Source: Peribolospora baueri
Taxonomy: Eukaryota
Direction of reading: 5' to 3'
DNA length: 64,000 bases
Assembly (NCBI GenBank): GCA_029717555.1
Contig: JAMDHS010000033.1
Span: forward strand, 124,001 to 188,000
The notes beneath the pieces are model-generated. The model made no database searches, was not told where the DNA came from, and saw only the letters and a list, made by a program, of their open reading frames with translations. Numbering within the stretch: position 1 is the stretch's first letter; every line of letters starts with the position of its first letter. Position numbers and translations under genes: made by a program. Below are positions 1 to 10,628 of this stretch, one piece after another.

Positions 1-1853
1 CTAGGCCATGGGCCTTGCGAGGTGTGTTCGAACTCGACGACGCCGTGCAGGAGCTCTTTGCCAACGAGATAGAGAAGCTCAGGTTGGATTACGAACGGTG
101 GGATCCCAAGACCAAGGCGGTGAGTTTAACCGTGAGCGGGAGGCGAGAGCAAACGCATCAGGTTGTCCTCTTATAGATTTCCTCCTGCTTCCTTTTCTTC
201 GTCGTCGACTCGTCTTCTTCTTTGGTCGGACGGATCTCTTTTGAAACTGATGTCTCCCCACGTCTGTTGGCTCGTTGATGTACTCGATTTCGACCTCATA
301 GCTCAAAGACGTCAAGTACCGCCTCGAACCGCTCCGCGGCGTTCATGGTCGATGGAAGAAGGCGCGGCGTTTCCCTGGCGCCGAAGACGACGCTGACGCT
401 GAGGGAGGCGGACCTGGGTCTCCAGGACATGCGAAACTTTGAGATAGTAATTCTCTCCTCTTTTCATGCCTCTGATTGGTAGAGCTCCGGCTGGTCAGTT
501 CCAATCGCACAACCCGCCACGCTCAGGGGAAGCCATTCCTTCGCTTCCTTCCGGGCTTTTCTTTTCTTTTCATTATTTCTGCCATACACGGTCATCAGAT
601 TGCCTAGGGACTTGCCTTTGTTCCCTGCGACATTTACCTGCTTCATTTGCCACCTCTAGTGTTTCAATAGTCCGACAGTCATGACCTATACCTTTCTCGT
701 AGCATGCCTTACCACGTCCCTTCTTGACCCAGTACTGTTGTTCTGTTTCCATCCCTTGTAGTCGAATTGGACAATGTTTAACAAATAACCCGAGCGACGC
801 CTTTATTCCTGGTAGAGTCGAGTCAGGGACCTTGCTCGCGAAGGATACCGAAGACGAGTGTCCCATTTGTCTTCTCGTCGCCATGAAGGGCAGCCCTGGT
901 ATGTGGGACGAGGAAATGGATATGAGGAAAGAAAGCGCAGAAGCGCGAGAAAGCAGAATTGTGTGAGGTCAAACGAAATAGAACTTGGAGGCATACCGAT
1001 ATGTGCCCACCAACATACCATCCTCACCTCCACTTGCTCTTTCGGGATCGCACAGACCGTGGTCGCCATCCTTTTCGCTACCTGGAATGATAGTTCAAAC
1101 CCTAGCCCCTTTTGGTTTGCGGCAAGCCCAGCTCGGGTTTACCCTTGTTCTTATCTGCGGACGCTTCGTTCGGCCCAGCCATAACGAACCTGTGCAAATG
1201 CCTGTTGCATTCTGCCGCACCAAGGAAAAACACGAGAGCACACCTCCAACTTGACCTTGCCTGCGCGGTCGACTGGCACTGGGTATAATTTTCTAGATTC
1301 TCCTCCATCCGAAGCAAGGAACAAACTCTTCCGTCCCTTTGCTCTGCCGTGTCGCATCTCCCCTTTCCGGTCTATCGTAGGCAAGGCTTCATGAGCAGTA
1401 CGGGATGGTTGACCTTTCCTGAGCCTAAATCTCCTCGAGGCAAAACTGTACGCCATTGCATTCTATCGGCACTCTCGCCTCCAACCCTTGTCTTCGCAGC
1501 CTGCCCTGGCCTCCTGATCCAGCGTCGTGTCCGTTCCAGCCTTGACGACGCCACGACATTGTCCAGTCACGTTTCCGTCCGGCCTCGCCGACGTCTCGAC
1601 TCGTTTGAGCCAGTCCCACGCCTGTTCCTTCCACTTCAACTTTTCACCATCTACGGACCTCCTCCGCTTTCCCAGCTCCTACCGTGGCCTTGCCTTCAAG
1701 CATTGAAAACTTTGCGTGGCACTTGGTATGGGTCGGCAAAGGTGTCGTTCCGCCGTCCTAGCAAAGGCCGACTGAAAATAGGCCTGACCCAATTAGGGAG
1801 CACAAGTGTTACATCGCTGCCGTACCCCGAGGCTGAGCCAGAGAACGATGAGG

Positions 1854-4800
1854 CTAAGCCCTTCCCAACTCTTGTAGAATCTCCACCTGCCTCTCTCCGC
1901 TCGCCTCACCAAAGCCGTGCAAGCTCATGGTGAACGTTCCCGCGCCGCCTGTGAGGGCACGGAGTCGGGAGGAGTAGTTCTGGAGGGACGAAAGCGGAAC
2001 ATGGGCGATGACTGTGCGCTTCTGTCGGACGGCCGACTGTGCGGAGGTGAGGTCTTCCAGTGCGGTTGCCGGGGAAGAAGAAGAGGATGGTTCCGGTGGG
2101 ATGTAGATGTCGGATGCACCCACGACCGCTTCACCGGATTCGATCGCGGCGACGCCGTCATGAAGCACCTCGACGATGTGGCCCCGCTGCGCACTGGTGA
2201 GATCGCCGACAACCTTCCCGAGCCATGTATCGTCGCAGCTGACACGCACGTCCATGATCGGCTCCATGAGCACGGGCCCCGCCTTGCGCACGGCCTTGAG
2301 AAGGATGGAAGAAGCGGCAGCCGAGAGAGAGGCAGGAGGCGAGAGTTCGGGCCCAAAGAGTTGGAGGAATGAGCAGGAGACATGAAGGTAGGTGAGAGGG
2401 TAGGAGGAGAGTGGACCGCGGGAGAGAGCAGCGGATAGACCGGCTTGGAGGTTGAACTGCAAGTTCCCAGGAGCAGCAGCTGTGTCGGCGGAGGAAGGTT
2501 CGTCCTTGTTCCGACGATCACCAGTCGTGGCTTCTGCCTCGTCGACGTCGATGTGGATGATGTTACCACTCGAGTCGGCGTCCTTCACCTCTTCATCTCT
2601 CAGCCGCCTCACCCGAATGGTCATGCCCACCTTGACCTTCTTCCCGGCAAGATCTTTCTCGAACACGTCCGAGACTTCAACACCTTCGCCATCACTGCTT
2701 GCCTCGCCCGCTGGGTCCACCGTCTCCCTATAGCTGACCCTCATCCTTCCCATCCTCGCCCTGACTCCAAACTCGTCGATAAGCCTCCGATGAGCAATCT
2801 CGAGATGAAGCTCCCCCATCCCGCTCAAAATGGTCTGCCCTCCACCCAAGCCTCCTGCAAGCGCAGTTCCGAGCCCGAGCTCGCCCTGTCCGTCACTATC
2901 TAGCCGGAGGCTGGGGTCTGTGCGGACAAGCATGCGCAGGGCGTCTTCTACCGGCTTCTCGTCGCTCCGGCTCTGTGGCTCGATGGAGGTGGAGAAGACT
3001 GGAGGGGGGATGTAGACATTTTGGAGTCGGAGGCCGACTCCGTCTACGGAACGGCGAGGATCGACCATAGAGACAAGAGTATCGCCTGTGCGGGTGTCTC
3101 GGAGGCCTAACAGAACGCCGATTTGACCTGCTTGAAGGGCGGGTACCTCGACGGTACGGTCGGCGTAGAGCAAGAGGGCTTTCGACAGGCGCTCACGGGT
3201 TTGGGTAAGGGTATTGAACAGAGTCGTAGAACGAGACAAGGTGCCTGAGGAGATGATCAAGACGAAGCGACGAGCGTTGTCAGACTTCGTGTCAGTTCGT
3301 TGCGAGCGTTGAACTCGGCCCAAGCGAAACGGGATACACACCGGAATACACTCTGACAAACGTCATCGGTCCCCGTCTAGGATCGTGCACCACCTTGAAA
3401 GCAAGCGCAACGACATCCTTGTCGGTCAAACTAACCACGGCGTCTCCCTCTTTCTTTCCCAGCTTGGCTAGCGCCGTCGACTTGTCCCTGGGGCTGGGCA
3501 GATAGTCGGCGATCGCGTCCAATAACGGCTGGACGCCCACATTGCGGTACGCGCTGCCGCAGAGGACTGGCACCGCTGCGCCTTCGAGGGTTAGACGTCG
3601 AATCACTGTACGGATGAGGTCGGGAGGGACCTCGAGATGAGGATGGCTGAAGGTGGAGGAGAGGAAGAAATCGATCAAGGGAGATTCGGGGTCCGGGTCC
3701 AGGGAGGACAGTGACTCCACGAGAGCGTGTCGGGCACGAAACGCTTCTGCGAAGGTAGGATGACTGGCGGGTAGTAGAGCATCGTCGGGTTGAAGGATTG
3801 GCGCATCCGAGATCGTTTGACTAGCAGAGCCCTTCTGCTCTACTTGGTGTTCCGGGTGGATGAGACGCTTGCGGACGACCTCTTCTCCGGCGGACCCACG
3901 GAACTCGAGCGCTTCCATCGTCACGAGATCAACGATGCCCTTGATGCCTGGCTCTCCAGACAAACCGTCACCTGCCGGTATCGGAAGTTGGAGCGCTAAT
4001 GGGCGTGGGTGAAGGCCTTTTGAAATGACGGAAAGAATGGATCGAGAAAATGAGGAGCCTGGTCGGTCAAGTTTGTTCACGAAGAGTAGCAGCGAGCGGA
4101 CGTCGTACCTGCGAGAAGTGCGGTCGCGTGAGCAAGATGAGAGGGACACGGAAGAGCGAGGAGTGATGTATATAAACTAACCGCTTTGCCTGCCTCCAAA
4201 CATTCTCCGTCTGCGCCTCAACGCCCGCCACGCCGTCCAAGACAACCACCGCGCCGTCTACGACTCTCACGCTACGCTCAACCTCGATGGTAAAATCGAC
4301 GTGGCCAGGCGTGTCGACGAGCGTTATTCCTGTCTTTCCTGGATCTCCATTCGCAGCTTGCTTGCCCTTACTGCCTCCCTCACCCGCATCCCTAGCCGCT
4401 ATGCCGTCCCACCAGATGGGCCCAACGCTAGCGCTCTGAATCGTAATGCCGCGCTCCCTCTCCTGCTCCAGAAAGTCCGTCGTTGTGCTCCCATGATCCA
4501 CATCTCCAGGCAAAGATCCTTGAGGAAGGGCGTTGCAGTGATGGAGGATGCGTTCCGTCAGCGTCGTTTTGCCAGCATCGATGTGGGCGATGATAGAGAT
4601 GAGTCGATGTGAGCGCGGGTCGTTCGAAGTCGATGTGGGCGGGGTGGAGGAAGGGTGGGCGGCTGAAGAGACGGTAGTCAAAACAAAGTATCGAGAGTGC
4701 TGTAGTATCGCCGGAACCCGCGTGAACGTTCGTCCAACGTGACCCTTTGAAGTCGTCAGTGAGGATGTCCTCTTCCTTTGCGGTGATCGAAGGGCGAAGG

Positions 4801-4897
4801 ACGAGGAGCAGTAGTGACACCGAAAGGCGGAGGTGGCGGCACCTGACCGGAACAGACCGGCGCCCCGACTACGCAGGAGGCCCAGCGTGTTGAGCAT
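1854..4897 (-). CDS. MEF2: Mitochondrial ribosome-releasing factor 2 (EF-G2mt), 3 exons: 4897-4182, 4108-3342, 3244-1854
   Basis: Translational GTPase motifs [32 protein letters not shown] and GSA. EF-G domain III/V signatures ([26 protein letters not shown]). Arg/Ser-rich presequence. GT-AG introns 4181-4109 and 3341-3245 restore the frame. EF-G2 rather than EF-G1 is inferred from the divergent domain IV. Confidence 0.9.
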
Positions 4898-5091
4898 GGG
4901 AGAGCGATGTGATTAGCGCACTTGCTTTGTCCACTCTCTTGTTGTCGAAGAAGAAAGGAGTCGGTGGTGCGACGGAAGGTAACACTGAAGAAGAAAGCTG
5001 CTGCGGAAAGGAACGAGACGTAGCGCACGAGCCATCCGACGAGGCCGCCTCTTGCTACCATTCCACCCCCGACCCCCTGCAACGGCCAAGG
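4898..5091. promoter_or_regulatory. Short bidirectional promoter region between MEF2 and the LYR-like gene
   Basis: Head-to-head start codons only 194 nt apart. Inferred from geometry; no motif identified. Confidence 0.5.
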
Positions 5092-6167
5092 ATGTTTCAC
5101 ACAGCGAGCACACACGGTCGTCGGGCTCTCTCAGCGCCCGGAACCGCCTATTGCAGTTTGCGATCATTATCCATCTTTTCTACCTGTCCCTCTGCCCCGG
5201 CACAGATCCCGGGAAAACGGTCTGTGGGCCGACGACGATACGCGGCTGCTACTGCGCAGGATGGAGAGGCGGCAGCTTTCCTTCCTTCTCCTTTACCATC
5301 TTCGAAACGTCGAGAACCGTCTTCTTCCCGAAATGACATGGATGCGGCCGAGAGACACGATGTCTCATCAACGTTGTCCAACCCTTCTCCACCACCTACG
5401 CCGTATCTGGAACCGGGTCTGCAATCCGGTTCACGGACGGCCTTCGCAGTCTCTTCCTCGACGTCTCCCAGCTCTACACCTTCAACTCTCCCCCTGACCC
5501 TCCCTCGCCTCTACCGCCTGTTGCTCCGAACCTCCTCCGCCTCGGTTCTCTTCCAGCGACAGGCGTCTAAAAACTTGGCCCGGCTCATGCGCGACGAGGT
5601 GGAATGGTTGGCGAGGGAAGGGACGTGGGCGACGCTCGGGGAGGAGGAACGGGCGAGAAGAGGTGAGCTACGAAAAGGAGGGAGGGTATTTCCTATACCG
5701 TTTGTCCTCCCCGTACCGTCACTTAGTGTGGGGCCTTTTCTACCTCCCCTTTCATGCTCCGACGACCGCCCACGATGGGCGGATCAGCCCTCCCAACAAT
5801 GACGCTTTTTTCCAGCTCCTCACGCTCCTCCGGCCTGGCAGACCGCATAACCCGAAACCTAGCATCGTTGAGCTACCACCACCTCTCACCCCACCTCCAT
5901 CCTCGACCACGATGGAACCCTCAAAGAGCGCCTGATACTCCCCTTCCTACTTCTGGGCTTCAGCCTACCGGAGAAGCGAGCGCGACGACAAAGACGACGG
6001 AAGCGGGGAAAAAGGGGCGCGGGAAGAAAGATGGAAAGAAGGAGCGAGAGGCTCGCTTCCAGCGGGAGGCGCTCGTGGGACTGAGGACGGTGGTGAAAAT
6101 GGCAGAGGCCAACGAGGGGTTGTGGCTCGGTGGGAGAGGGAGGAGGTGGGAGGAGGCTTTGCGGTGA
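5092..6167 (+). CDS. Putative mitochondrial LYR-like/DUF1763-like fungal protein, 2 exons: 5092-5662, 5788-6167
   Basis: ATG 5092 gives an Arg/Ser/Thr-rich presequence-like N-terminus. Segment LPRLYRLLLRTSSASVLF resembles a LYR motif. Intron GTGAGC 5663 to CAG 5787 joins it in frame to ...SSGLADRITRNLASL...VVKMAEANEGLWLG. Family assignment is from recollection only. Confidence 0.55.
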
Positions 6168-6511
6168 CGCGGAGAGGCGAAGCGCTTGTTCATGGACCGG
6201 CGGTCCACAGCGGGCGAGGCGTTTGGAGAAAGTGGGGTTACGGCACAAGTGTCACTTGAGCTACCTCGGGCCCAAACTTATGCGACGTGGTTCCTCTGCA
6301 GCGGCTGTCCACATCCGCCACAGTCGAATAGGAGCGGCGTCCGGAGGAAGTGGACGAAAAGGAGCGGAGAAGAGGAAAAATGGCGATCCCAAGACACGGC
6401 CCGTGACGAGTACACACTCTAGTGAACAGAATGACGGAGAGATGAAGAAAGAATATGGAACGACGACCGAAAGGCTCTCTACTCCAAGACGGTCGACGAT
6501 TATGATCATCG

Positions 6512-7635
6512 TCACCGGCCATGAACAATCTTCTCCCCGGTCACTGGATCTCTCCTCGTCCCATCCCCCTCCTCCATCACCGCTGTCGCCGTCTTCTCCT
6601 CCGCCCTGGCCGTCTCCTTCGCCTTGCCCGTTGCAGACGCGGACTCGGACTCGGGACCACATCCGCAATCGTAGGTGGAATCCAGTTTCTGGCAGTCAAA
6701 CTCTGGCTTGCCGAGGCGGGCGTTTACGAGGTTGTGAGCGTGGCACAACCAGAACGAGGCTGCTTTTCGGGATGAGGTCTGCAAGATGCAGATATGGGAG
6801 AGTCGCCTTAATAACGAGTGGAAGAAGAACAGAGGGCGCAAGCTCTGAATGGGATTGTAAGTAAGATAGAGTGCCCACCTGCGGAGGATACTCTTTCAGA
6901 AGCTCTTGAAAATGCTTCGCACACTCGCCACACGGGTAGAGGCGGGAGAAAAGGTAGAAGTAGGATTTAAGCGCGTCCCGCTCGTCTTTGGTCGGGTGCT
7001 GCGATAGAAAGTCAAGGCAATTAAGGTAAGGCGAAAACGGGCCAGAGCAACGGATGTAAGATGGCAGAACGGGAGCGGCGAGCAGCACGGTGTCGGGTCG
7101 CCGCATGCGGCTCGAGGCGTATGAACGAGAGAAATTTTTCAGCTTCGAAGAAACTATGATGACGCACCTCGGGAAAACGAAGGGTCATGGTATGAAGCAG
7201 CTTCCAAGTCGCTCGTCCGAGCTCCGCCCTGTTGTGAATTGACAGGAAGCGAACAGAGGCTCAGTCCGGTCCGCCCTTGAAAAGCACAGCCCAAGGTCAC
7301 AGGCCACATCAGACTCACTTCGCCGTCGCGTTGCCCAACTTGCTCGCAATCACACCCCCATGCATCTCTCCGCCCAAGCCCATCCAGGCTGGGTCACCGC
7401 CAGCCGGGCGTGCTTTGCCCATCCTCCAGTTCGAAGGATTCCACTTGGCCCATCCGTCTCCTGCCGCGCCCACGGCAGAGCCATCGTTCGCACCGACACC
7501 GGCAGCAGAGAGAAAGTGACCAGACCAGCGGTCATACACGACGGACTCTGAGCCGTGTGAGAGAAAGAGGGCGGTGGGGATGAGGATGATGAGCGCGGCG
7601 AGAAGGAAGGCTTGGGCGAAGCGGGAAAGCATCAT
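6512..7635 (-). CDS. ERV2: FAD-linked sulfhydryl oxidase, Erv1/Alr family, ER-type Erv2 (4 exons)
   Basis: N-terminal hydrophobic anchor (FLLAALIILIPTALFL), ELGRATWKLLHTM, YPCGECAKHF (CxxC active site), WLCHAHNLVNARLGKPEFDC, and the C-terminal DCGC shuttle motif typical of Erv2. Three GT-AG introns. Confidence 0.93.
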
Positions 7636-7977
7636 TATGTGCTGGCGCCTAACGCGCTCGCCGAGTGCAAAGAAGAAAATAAGGCCGACCTTGATTGCCA
7701 ATCGCGTACAGAAACGAAGGTGGGCGCAAGAGGTGCGCAATGCAAGCGCTTGGTGGTCGAGAGGAGAGATGGCGACGCTGGCTGGCGCTGCCTTGAAACG
7801 ACTTCGCTGGTCGCCGTCCGCCGTCGGCGCTCGCACGGACGTGTCATGGGCTTGCGTTTGCCGCAGCAGCCCGCGTTCATCTCCGCGCCGTCCGACGGGA
7901 TGTGATTAGCTACGTGGCTTCGTCGTCTCCTTCTATCGCCCCTCCCACCGCATTGATTCCTTGCTCAGCCGCCCGAG

Positions 7978-9026
7978 ATGAACATCATCGAAAGCCTGTT
8001 TGGCAGGACGAAGACACCAGCGGAGCGTCTTCGCCAGCACCAGCGGGCGCTCGACAGGGCGCAGCGTGAGCTCGATCGCGAGCGCGCAAAGCTCGAGACG
8101 CAAGAGAAACGCCTCGTCGCTGACATCAAGAAGAGCGCCAGGCAGGGCCAGATGGTAAGCTAGCGAGCAGATCCAACTTGCAGACACCTCCGGGAGGAGC
8201 TGATACTCAAACGGAGAAGATGCTGATCAGACCCCTTGCGCCCCCCACAGTCCGCCTGCAAGGTCATGGCCCGAGACCTGGTGCGCACGCGACGACACAT
8301 TCAAAAGTTCTACCAGATGCGTACCCAGCTCCAGGCAGTGTCGCTGCGCATTCAGACGCTCAGGAGCAATCAGCAGATGGCCGAGGCCATGCGCGGCGCT
8401 ACGAGGGTGCGTGCAGCGAGCGACCAGTGTCTGCGGCGCCGTGACATGTTCGAAGCTGATTTCCGTTCCGCCGCCTCTTCTTCCCCGTCTCGCAGGCGAT
8501 GGGTATGATGAACCGCTCGATGAACCTTCCACAAATACAACGAATTATGCACGAGTTTGAACGAGAGAGCGCGATGATGGACATGAAGGAGGAGATGATG
8601 AGCGATGCCGTCGACGAGGTCATGGAGGACGACGAAGGTGTGGGAGAGGAGGAGGAAGGGGACGCTATCCTGAAGGAGGTCCTTGACGAGATCGGCGTAA
8701 ATGTTGGGCAGGAGGTGCGACGAAAATTTCACTTCGAGGTTGGAGTAGTTCCAGACATGGCTGACCCGCCCTGCTCTTTCCTGTTCACCCTTCTCGACGC
8801 TCACCTAACTCTTCCACAGCTGGCTGAGGCACCTACGTCCTCTCTCAGCGCACCACTCTCAGAAGCCCGTCTCCCGGTCGCCATCGGAGAGAGTTCGTCT
8901 GGCGGAGGCGGAGGTGGAGGTGGAGGCGGAGGTGGAGGTGGAGGCGGAGGTGGTGGTGGAGGCGTAGGTGGCATGACAGACGAAGAAGCGCTGCGGGCGC
9001 GGTTGGAGAACTTGCGGAGAGACTAG
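7978..9026 (+). CDS. VPS2: ESCRT-III subunit Vps2/Did4 (CHMP2A), 4 exons
   Basis: MNIIESLFGRTKTPAERLRQHQRALDRAQRELDRER; ACKVMARDLVRTRRHIQKFYQMRTQLQAVSLRIQTLRS; MNLPQIQRIMHEFERES; C-terminal MIM1-like LRARLENLRRD. Confidence 0.95.
8901..8963 (+). repeat. (GGN)21 coding trinucleotide repeat, poly-Gly linker in Vps2
   Basis: 21 consecutive GGC/GGA/GGT codons read directly. Confidence 0.95.
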
Positions 9027-9486
9027 CCCCGACTGTTCGTAGACTGGACTGCACTTGATCTGCCTCGAATTTATGGCGTGTGATACCTCGTTACAAGGCT
9101 TGGTCGTGCGGCTTGCAGCGACCATTCAGCCTCGTGACAGGCCAGGGTGCAACGAAAGCGTCCCACGTCCGATCCCAAACTAAGCGCTCGTGGACTTTCT
9201 GGAAGGCGAGATCGTGTCGATATCAACGACGTAAGATTACAGAAACAAGCAAGGTCGCCGTCGTTCTTCACACAAGGGAAGATCCACACACGGCAACGAT
9301 AACGACGACGGAGGCGAGACCAGGTGGATGGGGATGGGGCCAGGAGATAGGGGAACTGAATGCGGGACGCGGCTCCAAGACACGGGCAATAGAATGGATA
9401 ATATCAACGGAAAAGGGGGTTCTCACGGACGTGCTAAAAAACGAGGTCGCCTGGTTCGCTTCCTCTTTCTAAAACGGTGAATCTAT

Positions 9487-10561
9487 CTATGCCTTGCGAG
9501 TCCGTTTTCGTTGAGCCGCCGGCGACGCGGCCTTTCCGCTAGCCCCGGATCTGTGTCAGCGCGGAGAGAACGGTAAGAGGCGAGAACGACGACTACGCAA
9601 AAGTCGACCTCCGAACGAAGGAAAGAAGCTCACCTGCCCCTTTTCCTCGGCGCCGGGACCGCCTCGTCGGACTCTCCCTCCTCCTCCTCCTCTCTCGCCG
9701 CCTCGTCCCCGCCTTCGTCCTCCTCCCCCTTGACAGTCGCGCCGTTTTTTCTCTCCACCGTCTTGATCGTCGCCGCCACGCCAGCGTGCTCCACATCGTC
9801 TGTCCTGCAGTCCTTACCGGGGCAGAACCACTCCCCCTCCGGCACGGCCTCCAGCGGTGGATCGAGGCAGTGGAGGTGATAGGGATTTTCGCACTTTTCG
9901 CACTCCAGCAGCGCGTTCACCTCCGTCTCCTGACCGCGTCCGCACACCATGCAGACGTCGCTCGATTCGATGACCGCCGGGTGGCGGGGTAGTTCGGAGT
10001 AGGTCGGGCCAAGGGAACGCGCTACGAAGAGCGTGGTGTTTTGGCCGGCTGAGACGCTGTCAAGGAACCTCCGTCGCGGAATCAGTAAAAGCGTAAATGG
10101 CGTCAAAGGACACACAGCGCAGAGACCGCGGCATCCTCCTCTTCAAGCCTTTGTCTCGGTAGGAGGCAACACTCACTCAAGCAAAGCGATGCCTCTCAGC
10201 GGCTCACAGAGCACTGGCTTTGTCGCACTCCTCTTCTTGTCCTCCCCGTGTCCGAGCTCGCCGTTGACCGCATTTTGGCCCCACGAGATGTTGAGCGTCG
10301 CGCCATAGTCAGTCGGCTCGTCATCCGCGACGGCGAAAAGGGTGACGCCGCCTAGAGAGGCTAATCGTATATTGCAGCCCATGATGTCCGGGAGGTAGCG
10401 GAAGGTCTGCGAGAGGCGGCAGATTGGCGGACGAAAGGATGAGGCCAGTCTCAGAAAATCTATGCGCACGAGGCATATAGAGGATACCAAATCGTCAGCC
10501 ACTGAGTGGAGAGACTTGCCATGAATCCCTGTCCCGCCGAGCCGTCTCCGGTCGTTTTCCA
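9487..10561 (-). CDS. 3' part of an RCC1/BLIP-II repeat (RCC2-like) protein with a C-terminal PHD finger; 5' exons are absent here
   Basis: Exons 10561-10520 (WKTTGDGSAGQGFM), 10406-10177 (TFRYLPDIMGC...SWGQNAVNGELGHGEDKKRSATKP, an RCC1 repeat), 10056-9634 (VSAGQNTTLF...CMVC...LLECEKCENPYHLHCLDPPLEAVPEGEWFCPGKDC, a PHD finger) and a last basic exon ending TAG 9487. No start codon or N-terminal RCC1 repeats are visible. Confidence 0.8.
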
Positions 10562-10574
10562 CTGAAAGCAGACG

Positions 10575-10618
<44 letters not shown>
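10575..10618. repeat. Poly(A)44 homopolymer (poly-T on the coding strand) at the CysRS / RCC1-PHD junction
   Basis: 44 consecutive A counted directly. Confidence 0.97.
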
Positions 10619-10621
<3 letters not shown>

Positions 10622-10628
10622 AGCTCAC

